Source of the DNA: Podarcis cretensis
Taxonomy: Eukaryota
Direction: 5' to 3'
DNA length: 64,000 nt
Assembly (NCBI GenBank): GCA_951804945.1
Contig: OX638152.1
Coordinates: 52,576,001 to 52,640,000, forward strand
In this document: one piece after another, positions 41,010 to 52,994 of the stretch
Layout of the letters: the number at the start of each line of letters is the position of its first letter
Numbering within the stretch: the first letter of the stretch is position 1
The notes under the pieces: generated by a model
What the model was told of the DNA's origin: nothing
Seen by the model: only the letters and a program-made list of their open reading frames with translations
Databases searched by the model: none
Translations under genes and position numbers: made by a program

Positions 41010-42924
41010 CAATGGTAACTGCTCCATTACACCTGAGGAAGCCAAGACTTGGAAGCAGCTTATAATGTCCTTGTCTCTACTTGGGGAGTGGGAAGAGTAT
41101 GGTAGAAACAAGCTTCATCAAGGTGATAATGCTTGATTTGTGAAACAGAATCAGTTCCAAGCTACAGAGTAGCAGATAACAGCTGCTGTTGTATTCAAGT
41201 GCTCCCCATATAGTATGAACTCATATTGCTATCCTGGGGTGGCCTCCTTCTGTGCACAAGCTTTTAGTGTAAATGTACAGCAATAAATTTGACAGAGTAG
41301 CCAAAGAAATTGTTCTTTAAATGGTGAATGCCTATGGAGAATTGATTGCTCGAAGAAGCCACAAAAAACCTAAAAGAATGATTAGGCATAGCTTTCAAGG
41401 CTTAATATGTTTCAGATCTATGTAACTTAAAAGAAACTCTCTGTGGGAGGTGCAACTTTCCCTGAGAATGAAAATAACACCTTTAGTGGTCACACACTCA
41501 TAGCCACATCCTGACTCAACAGCACAGCTAGCAAGCTAGAACCTCAAGAAAGTGGTTGGCTTTGCAGTACATGCCACCACCTCTTCTCTCAGGTCAAAGA
41601 TGATTACTAACCTCTGCAGTCTTCTATTCTCTCTGGCAAGCTTCCTTCAACCCCCCCCTTTTAAGCCTTTCCTCCAAATCCAGAAAAGTTGTCGGCAGAA
41701 TACAGAATAAAAGTCTTGAGGCTGATAAATTAACTGGAAAATGCAGGTGTCTGACTCCCACTAACTTTGAAACTCAGATCAAAAGACACAAGCTTAGCAT
41801 GCTTAGATGGTTCAGTTTTCATCACTAGTAAATTCTTTCCGTAGAATTTTTTGGTTCAAAGAATTTAAGAATATCACAGACTGAGCAGAGTTATAAGATC
41901 TGTTGACTGAACAGCTTGGTGATATCTGTTGGTATAGATACCACCAGCCAATTTTCTCCAGATCATAGAGGTTACAAACTCCATCAAAGAAGTATTAGAT
42001 ACGAATTCAATGTTGTCCGGGGCTTTACTTAATAACATGAAATCATATCTCCATTACAGATAGGATTCAAGCAAAATATCATCTCTCCCTCAGCTAAAAA
42101 ATACACACACCCCACCAAAACGACCATCCATAATATTCTGCTGTATGACGTATAAAGGCTTCAGATTTCCAGGCTATAATCATACTGAAAATGGAATTCT
42201 CTCTCTGCAGTATACCCTTGGGGGAAATTCAAGCAGCTATACTTATAATTACTTACTGCTTTTTCTTGCTGTTTGAATATGACAAGGGTAGTTATTCTTT
42301 GGTCACAATATGTCACATCAGACAGAAGTGGCCGTATTAGCCCTTGACTAGAAAAACTGAGCAGAAAATTAAACTTTCTCAGGTGAAGAAAGAAATAATA
42401 TCCTGAGGAGAGAAAGTAGTGGTGGGAGGAGGTGGTTTGAGATTTTGCTTTTGTTGTGCACTTGCCATGAAGGAAAATTTAAACTGGCTAGTATTTGCAA
42501 TAAAATAAATAAATAAATAATCTGACAACATGTTGTGTTTCCATAATACTAGAGGAGGGAGGTATACTGTTATTAACCTTTCTTATCTATTTTTTTGTTC
42601 TATTTCTTTCTTACTTAATCACCTATGATCAAAAAGTTTCTCGGGTTTCCCCCAGCTCTGACAACTTCCCAGAAAGATACAGCAGTGGTGTCCCTCATGA
42701 ACACTAAACCCTAAAAGAATAAACTCCACAGAGTTGATTCCCCAGATAAGCACAGGTTCTAATCTATACTTGATTCATCTAATCCAACTCTGCTAATTGC
42801 ATGATCTTCATCACCCAAATAGGGCTTCAGTACTCTCTATCCTGGGAGAAACTGCCTGATACTGGGAAGCAGGAGTGGGTGGGTTTAAGGTGGAAATGGG
42901 ATTCGCTGAGCTCAGGTGATGCTA

Positions 42925-43497
42925 AAGGGGGATCAGCAACCTTTTTCAGCCGTGGGCCGGTCTACCATCCCTCAGACTATGTGGTGGGCCGGACTATATT
43001 TTGAAGAAAAAAATAACCCAGAGATGCATTTTTAATAAAAGCACATATACTACTCATGTAAAACACCAGGCAGGCCCCACAAATAACCCAGAGATGCATT
43101 TTAAATAAAAGGACACATTCTACTCATGTAAAAACATGCTGATTCCTGGACTGTCTGCAGGCTGGGTTAGAAGGCGATTTGAAGAAGAAGAAGAAGAAGA
43201 AGAAGAAGAAGAAGAAGAAGAAGAGGAGTTTGGATTTGATATCCCGCCTTTCACTCCCCTTCAGGAGTCTCAAAGCGACTAACAATCTCCTTTCCCTTCC
43301 TCCCCCACAACAAACACTCTGTGAGGTGAGTGGGGCTGAGAGACTTCAAAGAAGTGTGACTGGCCCAAGGTCACCCAGCAGCTGCATGTGGAGGAGTGGA
43401 GACGCGAACCCAGTTCCCCAGATTACGTGACTACCGCTCTTAACCACTACACCACACTGGATTTGGCCGCATCCGGCCCCTAGGTTGCCTACCCCTG
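42925..43497. mobile_element. Non-autonomous hAT-like element containing a nested tRNA-type SINE
   Basis: Ends AGGGG..CAGCAACC / GGTTGCCTACCCCTG; internal duplication at about 43011-43135; SINE inserted at about 43181-43460; left boundary approximate. Confidence 0.6.
43181..43460 (-). mobile_element. tRNA-derived SINE with (TTC)n tail
   Basis: Minus-strand head CCAGTGTGGTGTAGTGGTTAAGAGC (A box) and GGTTCGCGTCTCC (B-box-like); (GAA)n on plus at 43181-43223; short flanking repeat GATTTG. Confidence 0.72.
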
Positions 43498-43599
43498 TGC
43501 TAATAGTTCTCATGAACTACCCTTTATGAAGGCTATGCTATACGTGAGATCCCCCACAACTTTTGAGGCAGAAGAAAGGTGGTCTCAAAGATACATCAG

Positions 43600-43830
43600 A
43601 AGTCTCACTGTGAATTGATGAAAGGAAGATATTACCTCTGTGGGCCTTCTCAGTAGTGGCGCCCACCCTGTGGAACACCCTCCCATCAGATGTCAAGGGA
43701 ATAAACTATCTGACTTTTAGAAGACATCTGAAGCCAACCCTGCTTAGGGAAGTTTTTAATGTTTGAAGTTTTATTCTGTTTTTAATGTTCTTTTGAAAGC
43801 CGCCCAGAGTGGCTGGGGTAGAAATAATAA
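43600..43830 (+). mobile_element. L2-like LINE 3' end fragment
   Basis: GGGCCTTCTCAGTAGTGGCGCCCACCCTGTGGAACACCCTCCC (AFSVVAPTLWNTLP-type motif) followed by AAGCCGCCCAGAG and an AT-rich tail. Confidence 0.6.
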
Positions 43831-44260
43831 ATTATTATAAGTGACAGGGAGAAGAATTTTCATGTCGTGATAAAAAGACACCCTTGAAGAAAGAATAGAG
43901 GACCAGGGTTTGTTGAAAGAATATACTTATGTGAAACTGTAATGCTGCAATCTTACACAAATTTCAAAGAGGTAAGCCCTGTTGAACACAGTGGGAATAA
44001 TTTCTTAGAAAACTTTTTACAGTTTTAATGTACAAGAAACATCTAATTATCTGCATTCCATAATTGTGTAAAACTCCAATATTCGGATGTCTATCCAGAT
44101 ATGGGGTTTCTATCTCAATTTTTTTGCAAAAGTCTGCCTCTAATATGAGCTATAACTGTGTATAGAGCCTATGCATGAACAAGTGGTGTGCATGCACACA
44201 AGCAGCAGACAAAGAGATGTGTTTGGGCATGAAATGCCAATCCGAGGCCTCACACGTATG

Positions 44261-44627
44261 TGTTGTTGTTTAGTTGTGTCCGACTCTTTGTGACTCCATG
44301 GTCCAGAGCACACCAGGCACTCCTGTCTTCCACTGCCTCCCGCAGTGTGGTCAAGCTCATGTTAGTAGCTTCGAGAACACTGTCCAGCCATCTCGTCCTC
44401 TGTCGTCCCCTTCTCCTTGTGCCCTCCATCTTTCCCAACATCAGGGTCTTTTCCAGGGAGTCTTTTCTTCTCACGAGGTGGCCAAAGTATTGGAGCCTCA
44501 GCTTTAGGATCTGTCCTTCCAGTGAGCACTCGGGGCTGATTTCCTTCAGAATGGATAGGTTGGATCTTCTTGCAGTCCATGGGACTCTCAAGAGTCTCCT
44601 CCAACACCATAATTCAAAAGCATCAAT
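44261..44627 (-). mobile_element. Bov-B (RTE clade) LINE 3' fragment
   Basis: ORF 44250..44591 gives RVPWTARRSNLSILKEISPECSLEGQILKLRLQYFGHL...RRRGRQRTRWLD, the typical Bov-B C-terminus; (CAA)n-type tail; approximate TSD TCACAC(G/A)TATG. Confidence 0.9.
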
Positions 44628-45411
44628 TCACACATATGGAGGCTATGCTAATCTTAATTTGATCAGGAATTGTGGGCATTCTACTCATAGAAGGCCCATT
44701 CATTCATTCTTCCTCGAATAATCACATTATCACAGGATCCTGGTGGGCAGGGGTGCCAACTTGAATAAAATATGGGGGGGGGGGGATGATTGGCAATGCC
44801 CATCAACAGTGCACGAACAAGTGCACTGTGCTGGGCTTATAAATTTTAGGAGGGAAGTTCCTGCTCCTAACCTCTGGTGGCTGCAACATAATTACATTCA
44901 CATACACATAGTCAGGTATACACATTTGCACTTCAGCCTACCATGCATGCTATTCCTGCAGGATGTATCTCAGCACAATAGCAGATCAGGTGCTAAAGAG
45001 CTTTACAGCCTGATTTTCTTGGTTGGGATCCTAACCCAGAACAACTATATGGGAGAGCTAAGGAAACTCTCAGTTTAGAGAGCTTACCCTCAGCTGCTGG
45101 TTCTGACTTCTACGCACGTACAGGACATCATTAAAAGCTGCAAGAGCCTCTCCAGGCACAGGGTAGGTAACCTTTGAAATCTTCCACATGTTCATAGCCT
45201 TTAAATCGGCTTTTGAGAGATGTTCACACAGGTTTTGCTTGTCCAAAAGGGGCTCAAAGAGAATCCCACTGTTGAAAAATAGCTGCTCAACACAGTGATA
45301 ATGAGTCAAAATCTAATCCACCTGAATGCGGTTTTATTGCTTCCCAGAAGCTGAAAAGCAGATGGCATGATAACTTTGATAGAAACAAATGGGCATTTTC
45401 TTCCTTCTTAC

Positions 45412-45593
45412 CTGTTTAAGGATTTCTGCTGCTGTTTCATGTGAGCAATCAAATATCACATAGAACTCTTTGCCCTTCTTCATCTCCTTGAGTAAAGGCC
45501 GGGCATCTTTATTCCCAGAGGGCAACTGCCGGATTTTGATTTTAATGTTGTATCTAGAAGGGGCTTTGATGAGTTCTTGCAGGCGAATTAGAC
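45412..45593 (-). CDS. GRIK1: GRIK1 exon 4 (182 nt), ATD
   Basis: tttccAG|GT CTA ATT CGC ... AAA CAG|GTaag; [61 protein letters not shown] (ORF 45334..45615). Confidence 0.96.
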
Positions 45594-48500
45594 CTGGAAA
45601 ATGACACCCAATCATTCAAATAGCTGCTCTGTGCAATGAATCTTCACTGTCATTTAGACTCAACATTTAATTTCACCATTCCGCAATATATTTCAAATTT
45701 ACTCCATATAAAAGCTTAATGTGTTAGCATATCATTTATCAGATCTTTCACTGGTGAAGCTTAAGGAGTTTCTTTTTGCTTTATGGGCACCTTCACCCAG
45801 GAAAAAAACACACCCTGAAAATATTTAGAAACTTATTGGTACATAATTGTTTACTTATTAAAATTATACCACACCCTCCTCCCAAAAGAGCACAGGGCCT
45901 CTTTCTCTGAGCCTCAGATCACAATATCCTTTAATATTAAATAAGTCACACTCTGAAAACCTAGCATTTAATTTACATTAAAGATCAGTAAGCAATGAAA
46001 TAATAAAGAAAGTGCAATGAAAGGCCCGCCCTTCTGTTTTGCGGATCACATGTTTAGTGAAAGTGGATTGCTGTGACTCTTGGCACTATGCAAGCATTTT
46101 GTGGTCAACTTCTATGTGGTAAGAGAACCAGTCAGGAATCCAAAGACAGGTCCAGTTTAGCAAGGTGTTGAGATGAATGCTGGTCTGATATTTCAGCCAC
46201 CATTTAATTTGCACCCTCCCCTCCATGAATGGTCAAATGGAAACTGGGGAGGGTTGTGTTCTCTGTCTGTTTTCTGTTTCCTTGAGTCAGCATTGTGAAA
46301 TGGTGGAGTGGAATATCTGTTTGATTTTAACTTCTTGTCTTTCCCAGCTTTAAACTTCACTGTCACATTGTTGGAGGGCTATAAAATGATTCTCTTTGCT
46401 CCATGTAGTTTATCAGCCCAGCTGTGTTTGCTGGAGTTACTGGACACTCCAGAGAAGGCCGACAAACTTCAAAAAGCCATTTAAAGCATTGTTCAGATGG
46501 GAGACATGTGACCATGGTGGCCAACTTCAAGACTCAGACAAAAATGGAACCAGGAGGAATTGGGGAGAGGCAACCCCCTCCCCCACAAAGTTAGCCATGT
46601 GCCCAAAACTAGAGTAGCTGGTGTAGAAGTGCAGTGGCTGTTGCTAGCTGGGCCTAAGGGAGAAACAAGAGGGCATAGAAACAGAAGTGGTTGCAAAAAT
46701 ATCCATTCTAGAAAACCCATTGAAATAAATGGATACTGAGTAGTGTGGAAAAATCAGTCATATATAACCAACATGCTCTAATTAATGCATGAAGGGGTTA
46801 AGACCATAGAGTAAGCTGTCCTGCCAGGCTTAGTTAGGTCACTCTTCTCAACTTGGAAATAAGGGTTATCTAGCCTTTGCCCTTCCTATTCCACCATGTG
46901 ACCCTTACCAGTAAGGAGTTCTAAGATGGTTGCTCCAGCTTAGCTGTGTGGCTTAAGCAGGTCTCCTTTATGTTTCTATACAAATAATTTAGAAACAGCC
47001 ACCTTTTATAATCTACTTTTTATTGCTTGTGTTTTCTAACTGCTTTATGGGAAAGCACATGAATCTGACCTTTGAAGAGTTTGTAAACAAACCCTTTTTA
47101 ACTTAACAAATGTGTGGTCTCTTTCTATGCTAAGGGAAGAGAGTAATTTAGGAAGCAACTCAGAAGAGGATATTTTAAAGGTCTAACAACCTACAATTTA
47201 CTTTGCTGCATATTTTGTGATTTTAAATCTCTGCTGGGGTTCTCTCACTAAGAGTACTTGCCCCAAACCTGGAAATTCTCCCTTTATTTGCATATCTTTA
47301 TCTTTAACCAAATCAACAAGTAGCAATAAGTGTAGAACTGAATAGCAAAGGGATGCCTAGGGTATCACTATCCAGAGCCCTGAAGGTCAGCAGACAGAAC
47401 ACACCTGCCAAGTTTCCTAAGCCTTCACCTCTCTTGAAAATAGAACTATCTTTCAACCTGTCCTGAGTTGAATAATTTGGCCATGGTTGACAAAAACAGT
47501 CACTGTCCTGTAATGCAGAAATCAACGGGGTGGGGGTGCAGGATGCTGGATTCCATTGACTTGAGTCAGGTGTATTGCACAGTCCTATAATTACTTATTC
47601 AAAAGTAAGCCCAACTTGATTCAGACATACTTCCTAGAAAGGGTGCTTACAAATATATTCCAAATCTGTTTATATCCAAATATGGGTGGAGGATCAGGCT
47701 GCAAATATTTAAAATACACTAGGTTGCTGTCTGTTGAGGTCAATAGGTAAATAATCCTCTGCTTTAAAAAAAGACATTCAAGAGTTTCTTTAGTATATTG
47801 CACCCTCTGTCCAGTTATGTACAAAATTTGTTTATTCATTCATACACATAAACACACCCTTATGATGTTCTCCAATGAAGCCAAAGGATAATGGGGCTGT
47901 TTAGAAAAAGATATTGAATTAAAGCAAGAATCGCCTAAAAGCCCTTTTGACAAATGGTAATTTTGAAAATGAATCATTAGCTTGTCAGCACATTTGATTT
48001 ACTTCCTGTGCAAACCTACTTAGCATCTCTGGCATTAGAAGTGCACTAATAGAATGCAAGCTGAAGTATAAAGCAGCATAAAGTATCACCCTATTTCCTC
48101 TGATGTGAAGTGGTGATTGCTATGCTGCGAGCTATTGGCTTTAGCTCAAGGCCTCGCATTGCATGAGGAAAATTGACTTTTTTCCTTGGTAGACTGATTC
48201 TCTCCTTTCAGTTTTTAAGCATCCACAAACCAATACAGAATATGAACCATTATGATTATTCAAGTGGAAATTGTAGTAGCACAATACAAAGCATAGTTTG
48301 GCTGCTAAAAGGGAGGCCTCAAACTGCAACATTCAGGTTCACAGGCTTCCTGAAAGGACTTTTTATACAGTTGATGAGCTAGCAGAGGGAAGCTGGCTGT
48401 AAATCCACAGCTCAGCTGTATTAAGCAGCAAAGAACCCGGTTCAGCCACTGTGACACAAGTTACATTAACAGAGAAAAATGGGGCTTCAGGCACAATAAT

Positions 48501-48843
48501 TTCAGGTGTAATTTCCGTTTACTGATAAGAACTCTTTGGCTCAAAATGATCCCTTTGTCATATACTGTCCTGTGGCAGCAAAAGTCCGCATAATAGCTAC
48601 CGGTGAGTTTTAAGGAAATGGAATTGATTAAGGAAAATGTCTGATCCACAATTGATGTTCAGAAAACACGTGGCCATCTATATATATACTTGCATTCATG
48701 TGCAGTGGCAAGAAATTATTCCACAAAGGAACAGTAGAGAAAATAGAGAAAATATATACATTCGGTCTCTTTTTTTATATAAAGTTGATAAATAATAATA
48801 AACAACAGTGTGTTTTAAAAAATGTGTTTTAAAAAATGCCTAC

Positions 48844-49101
48844 CTGTACTGTCTTCGTATACTACAGTTATTATCTTCCAGTTGTAATATAGCACCAAAT
48901 CCAATACTGCTCTGCTGATGGCTGCATAGTCTGGGTAGAGGTTGATGTAAAAGGAATCTTTGTTATCCACTGTAGGATGTTTCCATCGGGTCTGTATATG
49001 TGGAACTTCAAGTGCATTGCAGATAGATTGTACCGCACTGACTGATGAGCTGTGAGATGGTCCAAAGAGGGCAGCTACCCCAAGAGCAAGCTGATCACAT
49101 G
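48844..49101 (-). CDS. GRIK1: GRIK1 exon 3 (258 nt), ATD
   Basis: catacAG|CA TGT GAT CAG ... AGT ACA G|GTagg; encodes [43 protein letters not shown]...VVYEDST; this frame is not in the ORF track. Confidence 0.95.
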
Positions 49102-52100
49102 CTGTATGAGAGAAGGATAATGAAAAGACCAGTTATGCTGTAGGACCATTTTACTCTTTTGCTCCTTTGTCTAATTGAATTGGTGGAATTGCTGAATTTG
49201 GGGGGAAATGAGTTCAAAATTGGGGGCGGGGGAGCAAGAGCCAGCTCATCAAAACTTTATACCATCATTGTTTTCAACTACACAGTTGGGATACAGCCTA
49301 TTACAAAACCCCAAGAACTTCAAATAGAAATGCAAGGGTTTCACTTCATTACTTTTAAATAGGGCTGACTTCAAATCCCTCAGTCACGATTGTGAGACAT
49401 TCAGGAGCCCTGAGCTGTTCTAGTAATGTATTCACCCAATGAAAGTCTTATGAATTATGATGCATGGCACAGTGACCATAGATACATTTCATTGCAATAG
49501 GCACAGCAAGGATTTCCAAGCTACCTGACAAATTGCTATCCAAGGGTGTTATAGTTTGTTAATTTCAAGGCAAACACTCATAGAGGATAAAGGGTACTAT
49601 TATTCATGGTGACACTTTATGTTGTGAGATGTACTCATTTTATGTGGACCTTTGAGGAAAGCAAAGATGGAACTAGAGATTTGCACATTACACTAATATT
49701 TATCATGCATTGAATCATTTTTTAAAAGCGAGAATTCTAGTAATGTGAAATCAAAATAATATTTTACATGTTGATTTCGTCTGAGTCCCTGATAAAATGC
49801 AAATTATAAGAAAGACTGGAGTCATTTTAATATCCTTGAAATAGCATGTATGATTCATGCTTAAATTTGCTTCTTTCATGATAAATTATAATATATTGAG
49901 GAACAAATAAGAGAAATTCCTTACTGATATTTAAAATTCCTTTAAACTCCTGAGGTAAAAACCTCAACAACTTAAAAAAGCTCAACAACTTTGGGGTAAA
50001 ATCATAAAAAAGGTCAACAACTTCAATTCTAAAAAAAGTCACAACTTTGGTTGGCCCTCATGGCCCTTCACTTCATCAAATCTGACCCTCTTTGTAAAAA
50101 GTTTGGACACCACTGGATTGCATTAAGACACTTAAAGGTATTGCTGATGAATACTCTACCACTGAGCATCTAAGGAAGTGGTGTGCAGAGTCAGAGCCAA
50201 AGTGGACCCATCACCCCTTTTCTCTCAAATTCTCTATTCCTCTGCTTCTGCTGTTGCAGAAGGGACAGACCACTCTTGCAAGAGGCCTGAATGGATCACT
50301 TGCAAATTGCTTTTGAAATTAGGCTGAGAGCCACATAAAATTAGACTGAGGGCTACATGTGGGCGGAAAGGTGCAGTTTGCCCACTGCTTTATTTTAAAG
50401 GTAGTAAGAAGATCACTTAAGAGCCATCCAACCAATGAAAATGAAACCATCCCAAAAGTGTCCTTTTCTGAAAGCTATGAGCCTGTTCTGGCTTTGAAAC
50501 TGGGACCAAAGCAGATGTTCTGAACGGTTCTACAGTCAAACAGTGAAGAACTTTGCACGGCCAGCCTTGCCATTAGAAATTAGAAGAGGCAGTTGATTTG
50601 GGATGTCATGCTTTATTGTTGTATGCTTAGCCAAAGGAGAGGTACTTTGGGGATTTTATTCATCAGGTACCAAAATAACTTGATCAGCCTTCGGGACTAC
50701 ACATCTTGACTCTGCCTGGGGTAGCTCCATTTGCGGTTTTGTCTGAGACAAAAAAATGTCCTGTGTAGCATCTAGTAAAAGACTGTGTGCATGTGTGTGT
50801 CACCATGGACTCAACTGCAACTCTAGCAACTCTAATCACAATTATCACATCTATATAAAGCTACCTGAAGTGGCTTGAATGGCAGTAAACGATGACTGCA
50901 TTTCAACCTGGATACATCCTTCATCTACTTGCATCAAGTCAACCCTTATTCTCAGCTTGCCAATGTAGTAATATGGATTTTATCACCTCAGGCAACTGGC
51001 CAACAATGAGAATCTAACTAAGAGGTGAAAGCAAACAGGGTTGATTATCATCTACTATGGAAAAGTTGTCAGAGAAATTGATGGTATGACCTTAGTCCCA
51101 TTATGTTATGTTTTAAACTTTTAATATAGTTGTTGTTATTATTTGTTTAGTGGCCTCGGTTTACATATGCTACCTTCCACAATATAATTTGCAAAAATGA
51201 GGTCCCCACAAGAAGAGTACACTAAATTTAGAGAAAGTAAAGGCAGGTGGAAGAGGAGAGACAAGGTAACAAGGGATGTGGGATACGACTGTCTGATCAT
51301 GAAGTATTCATACTTTATTCCACAGGGATTAGAATTTTTTAAGCAATTTATTAAATTGTTCCTCAGGATGCCAGACAAGCAAGCATTTAATCCATTTATC
51401 TTTCTCTGAAGAAACAAGGCATGTCTGACACCATCTAATCTACATGCAGACCAGAAGTCCTGCCTCATCAAAAAGCCCACTTGGGACTGTTGATTTTTCT
51501 TAGGCACAACTAGTCATTCACCTCTTAGAGGCCTTCTTGACATATATCATATAAATGGTAATTTATCTCATGGTCCTTTGAAATAAAGACCTGTACATTT
51601 TCTGATGGAACCACATGTGGCATCAGAGTCATGAATTACTAAGAAAGGATTCAGAATGCACTCTGCAAATGTATTCACTACATAACAGACTTCAGTTTCT
51701 GAGAATCAAATAGGTTTACTAGCAAATAAGTTTATGAAACCGTCTACCATGCTGCTGCTACTCACATAAACTTATTACAACCTTGAAATCCAACAGTGAT
51801 TTCCGGTAATATTTTCATAAACCTGATTAAGGTAGCTTTTAGGCAGGAAATTTTATTCAGCTAAGGGATCCTTTACTACTGTTTTTTTACCATGTTTTAA
51901 GTAACTTTTTTATTTTAATTGTTCCTTAGAAGTTTCAGTGGGGCAGACAACTATTTATTCTGTTACAATTGATGTATTCCTATTTTACCATGCACGTTAC
52001 CTTGGAAGAATTTTTATTCAGAAGAGTAGGATAAGTTTTCAATAAATAAATAAATGCTAAAAAATGCAGATACAAATGTTCCATTTTAACATTCTGTGGG

Positions 52101-52826
52101 GCTTTCCTCTATCAATTTTTAATTTAAAAGGTTATTGTTTAGAAAAGCTTTCTGCTTTCAAGGTTATACCATTACAGGCTGACTTGATTGAAGTAGACTT
52201 TTGTGATTCAAGTAGACTGTGGTCTAGGGGCATTTTGTCAATACTCCTATATGGTCAGGGCTTAATTAAAAATATTTTACAAAAATTCACACTCAGAGAC
52301 ACAGGCAAAACAAATGCAAGGATAGTAACCAGTCTGTTCTCTCAAAATATTGATAGTATGTCTGTGGTGCACATCAATACACACAACCCTTTACAAATGC
52401 TTGAAGATTAAATACTGAAATACTACATGTCCCATACTGTAGAAAGGCTGCTCATTTATAAGCAGGGAAGAGAGAAAATGTTTGATTTTCTGTCGCATAC
52501 TATTACTATCACAGAGCTAAATATTAGCAAAGAAGATCAGCTCAGCATGGCTCTCTAGATATTTCAATATTGTAAGCAATTACAGTCATTTCAAATCTTA
52601 TACAAAACAAAGAATTAGATTGTTTCAGATTATTATGCAGTAAAGGCCTAGATTGTGGTTGAAGAAATATGCTGGCCTGGGTGTGTTGTCACAGATTATA
52701 CTGAAAAACCCCAACCTATTTGACATTCATTAGCTAAATTTAGCTGCAATAAACTGACTACAAGGAAATACAGAAATTTTTAGAGGCAATGTGGGCACAA
52801 CATTTGAGAGTCACTTAGGAAGTTAC

Positions 52827-52994
52827 CTCGTCTTGAAGCTTCAAAACTATCAAAAAGGTTTATTCTCTGGATGTCATAGGTTAATGTGGTATTAGGCATC
52901 AGTGTTCTGTTTCTGTTAATGTTGGTGACTGCAAATTTGAAAGCTAACTCTTCCACGTTGACAGGTTCATTTTCCACAGTTTCAAATATCCCGC
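52827..52994 (-). CDS. GRIK1: GRIK1 exon 2 (168 nt), start of amino-terminal domain
   Basis: Minus strand ttttcacAG|GC GGG ATA TTT ... AGA CGA G|GTaac; encodes [56 protein letters not shown], which I recognise as GluK1; phase 1-1. Confidence 0.96.

Noticed and set aside
43179-43430. Poly-Lys ORF
   Set aside because: Translation of a (GAA)n SINE tail
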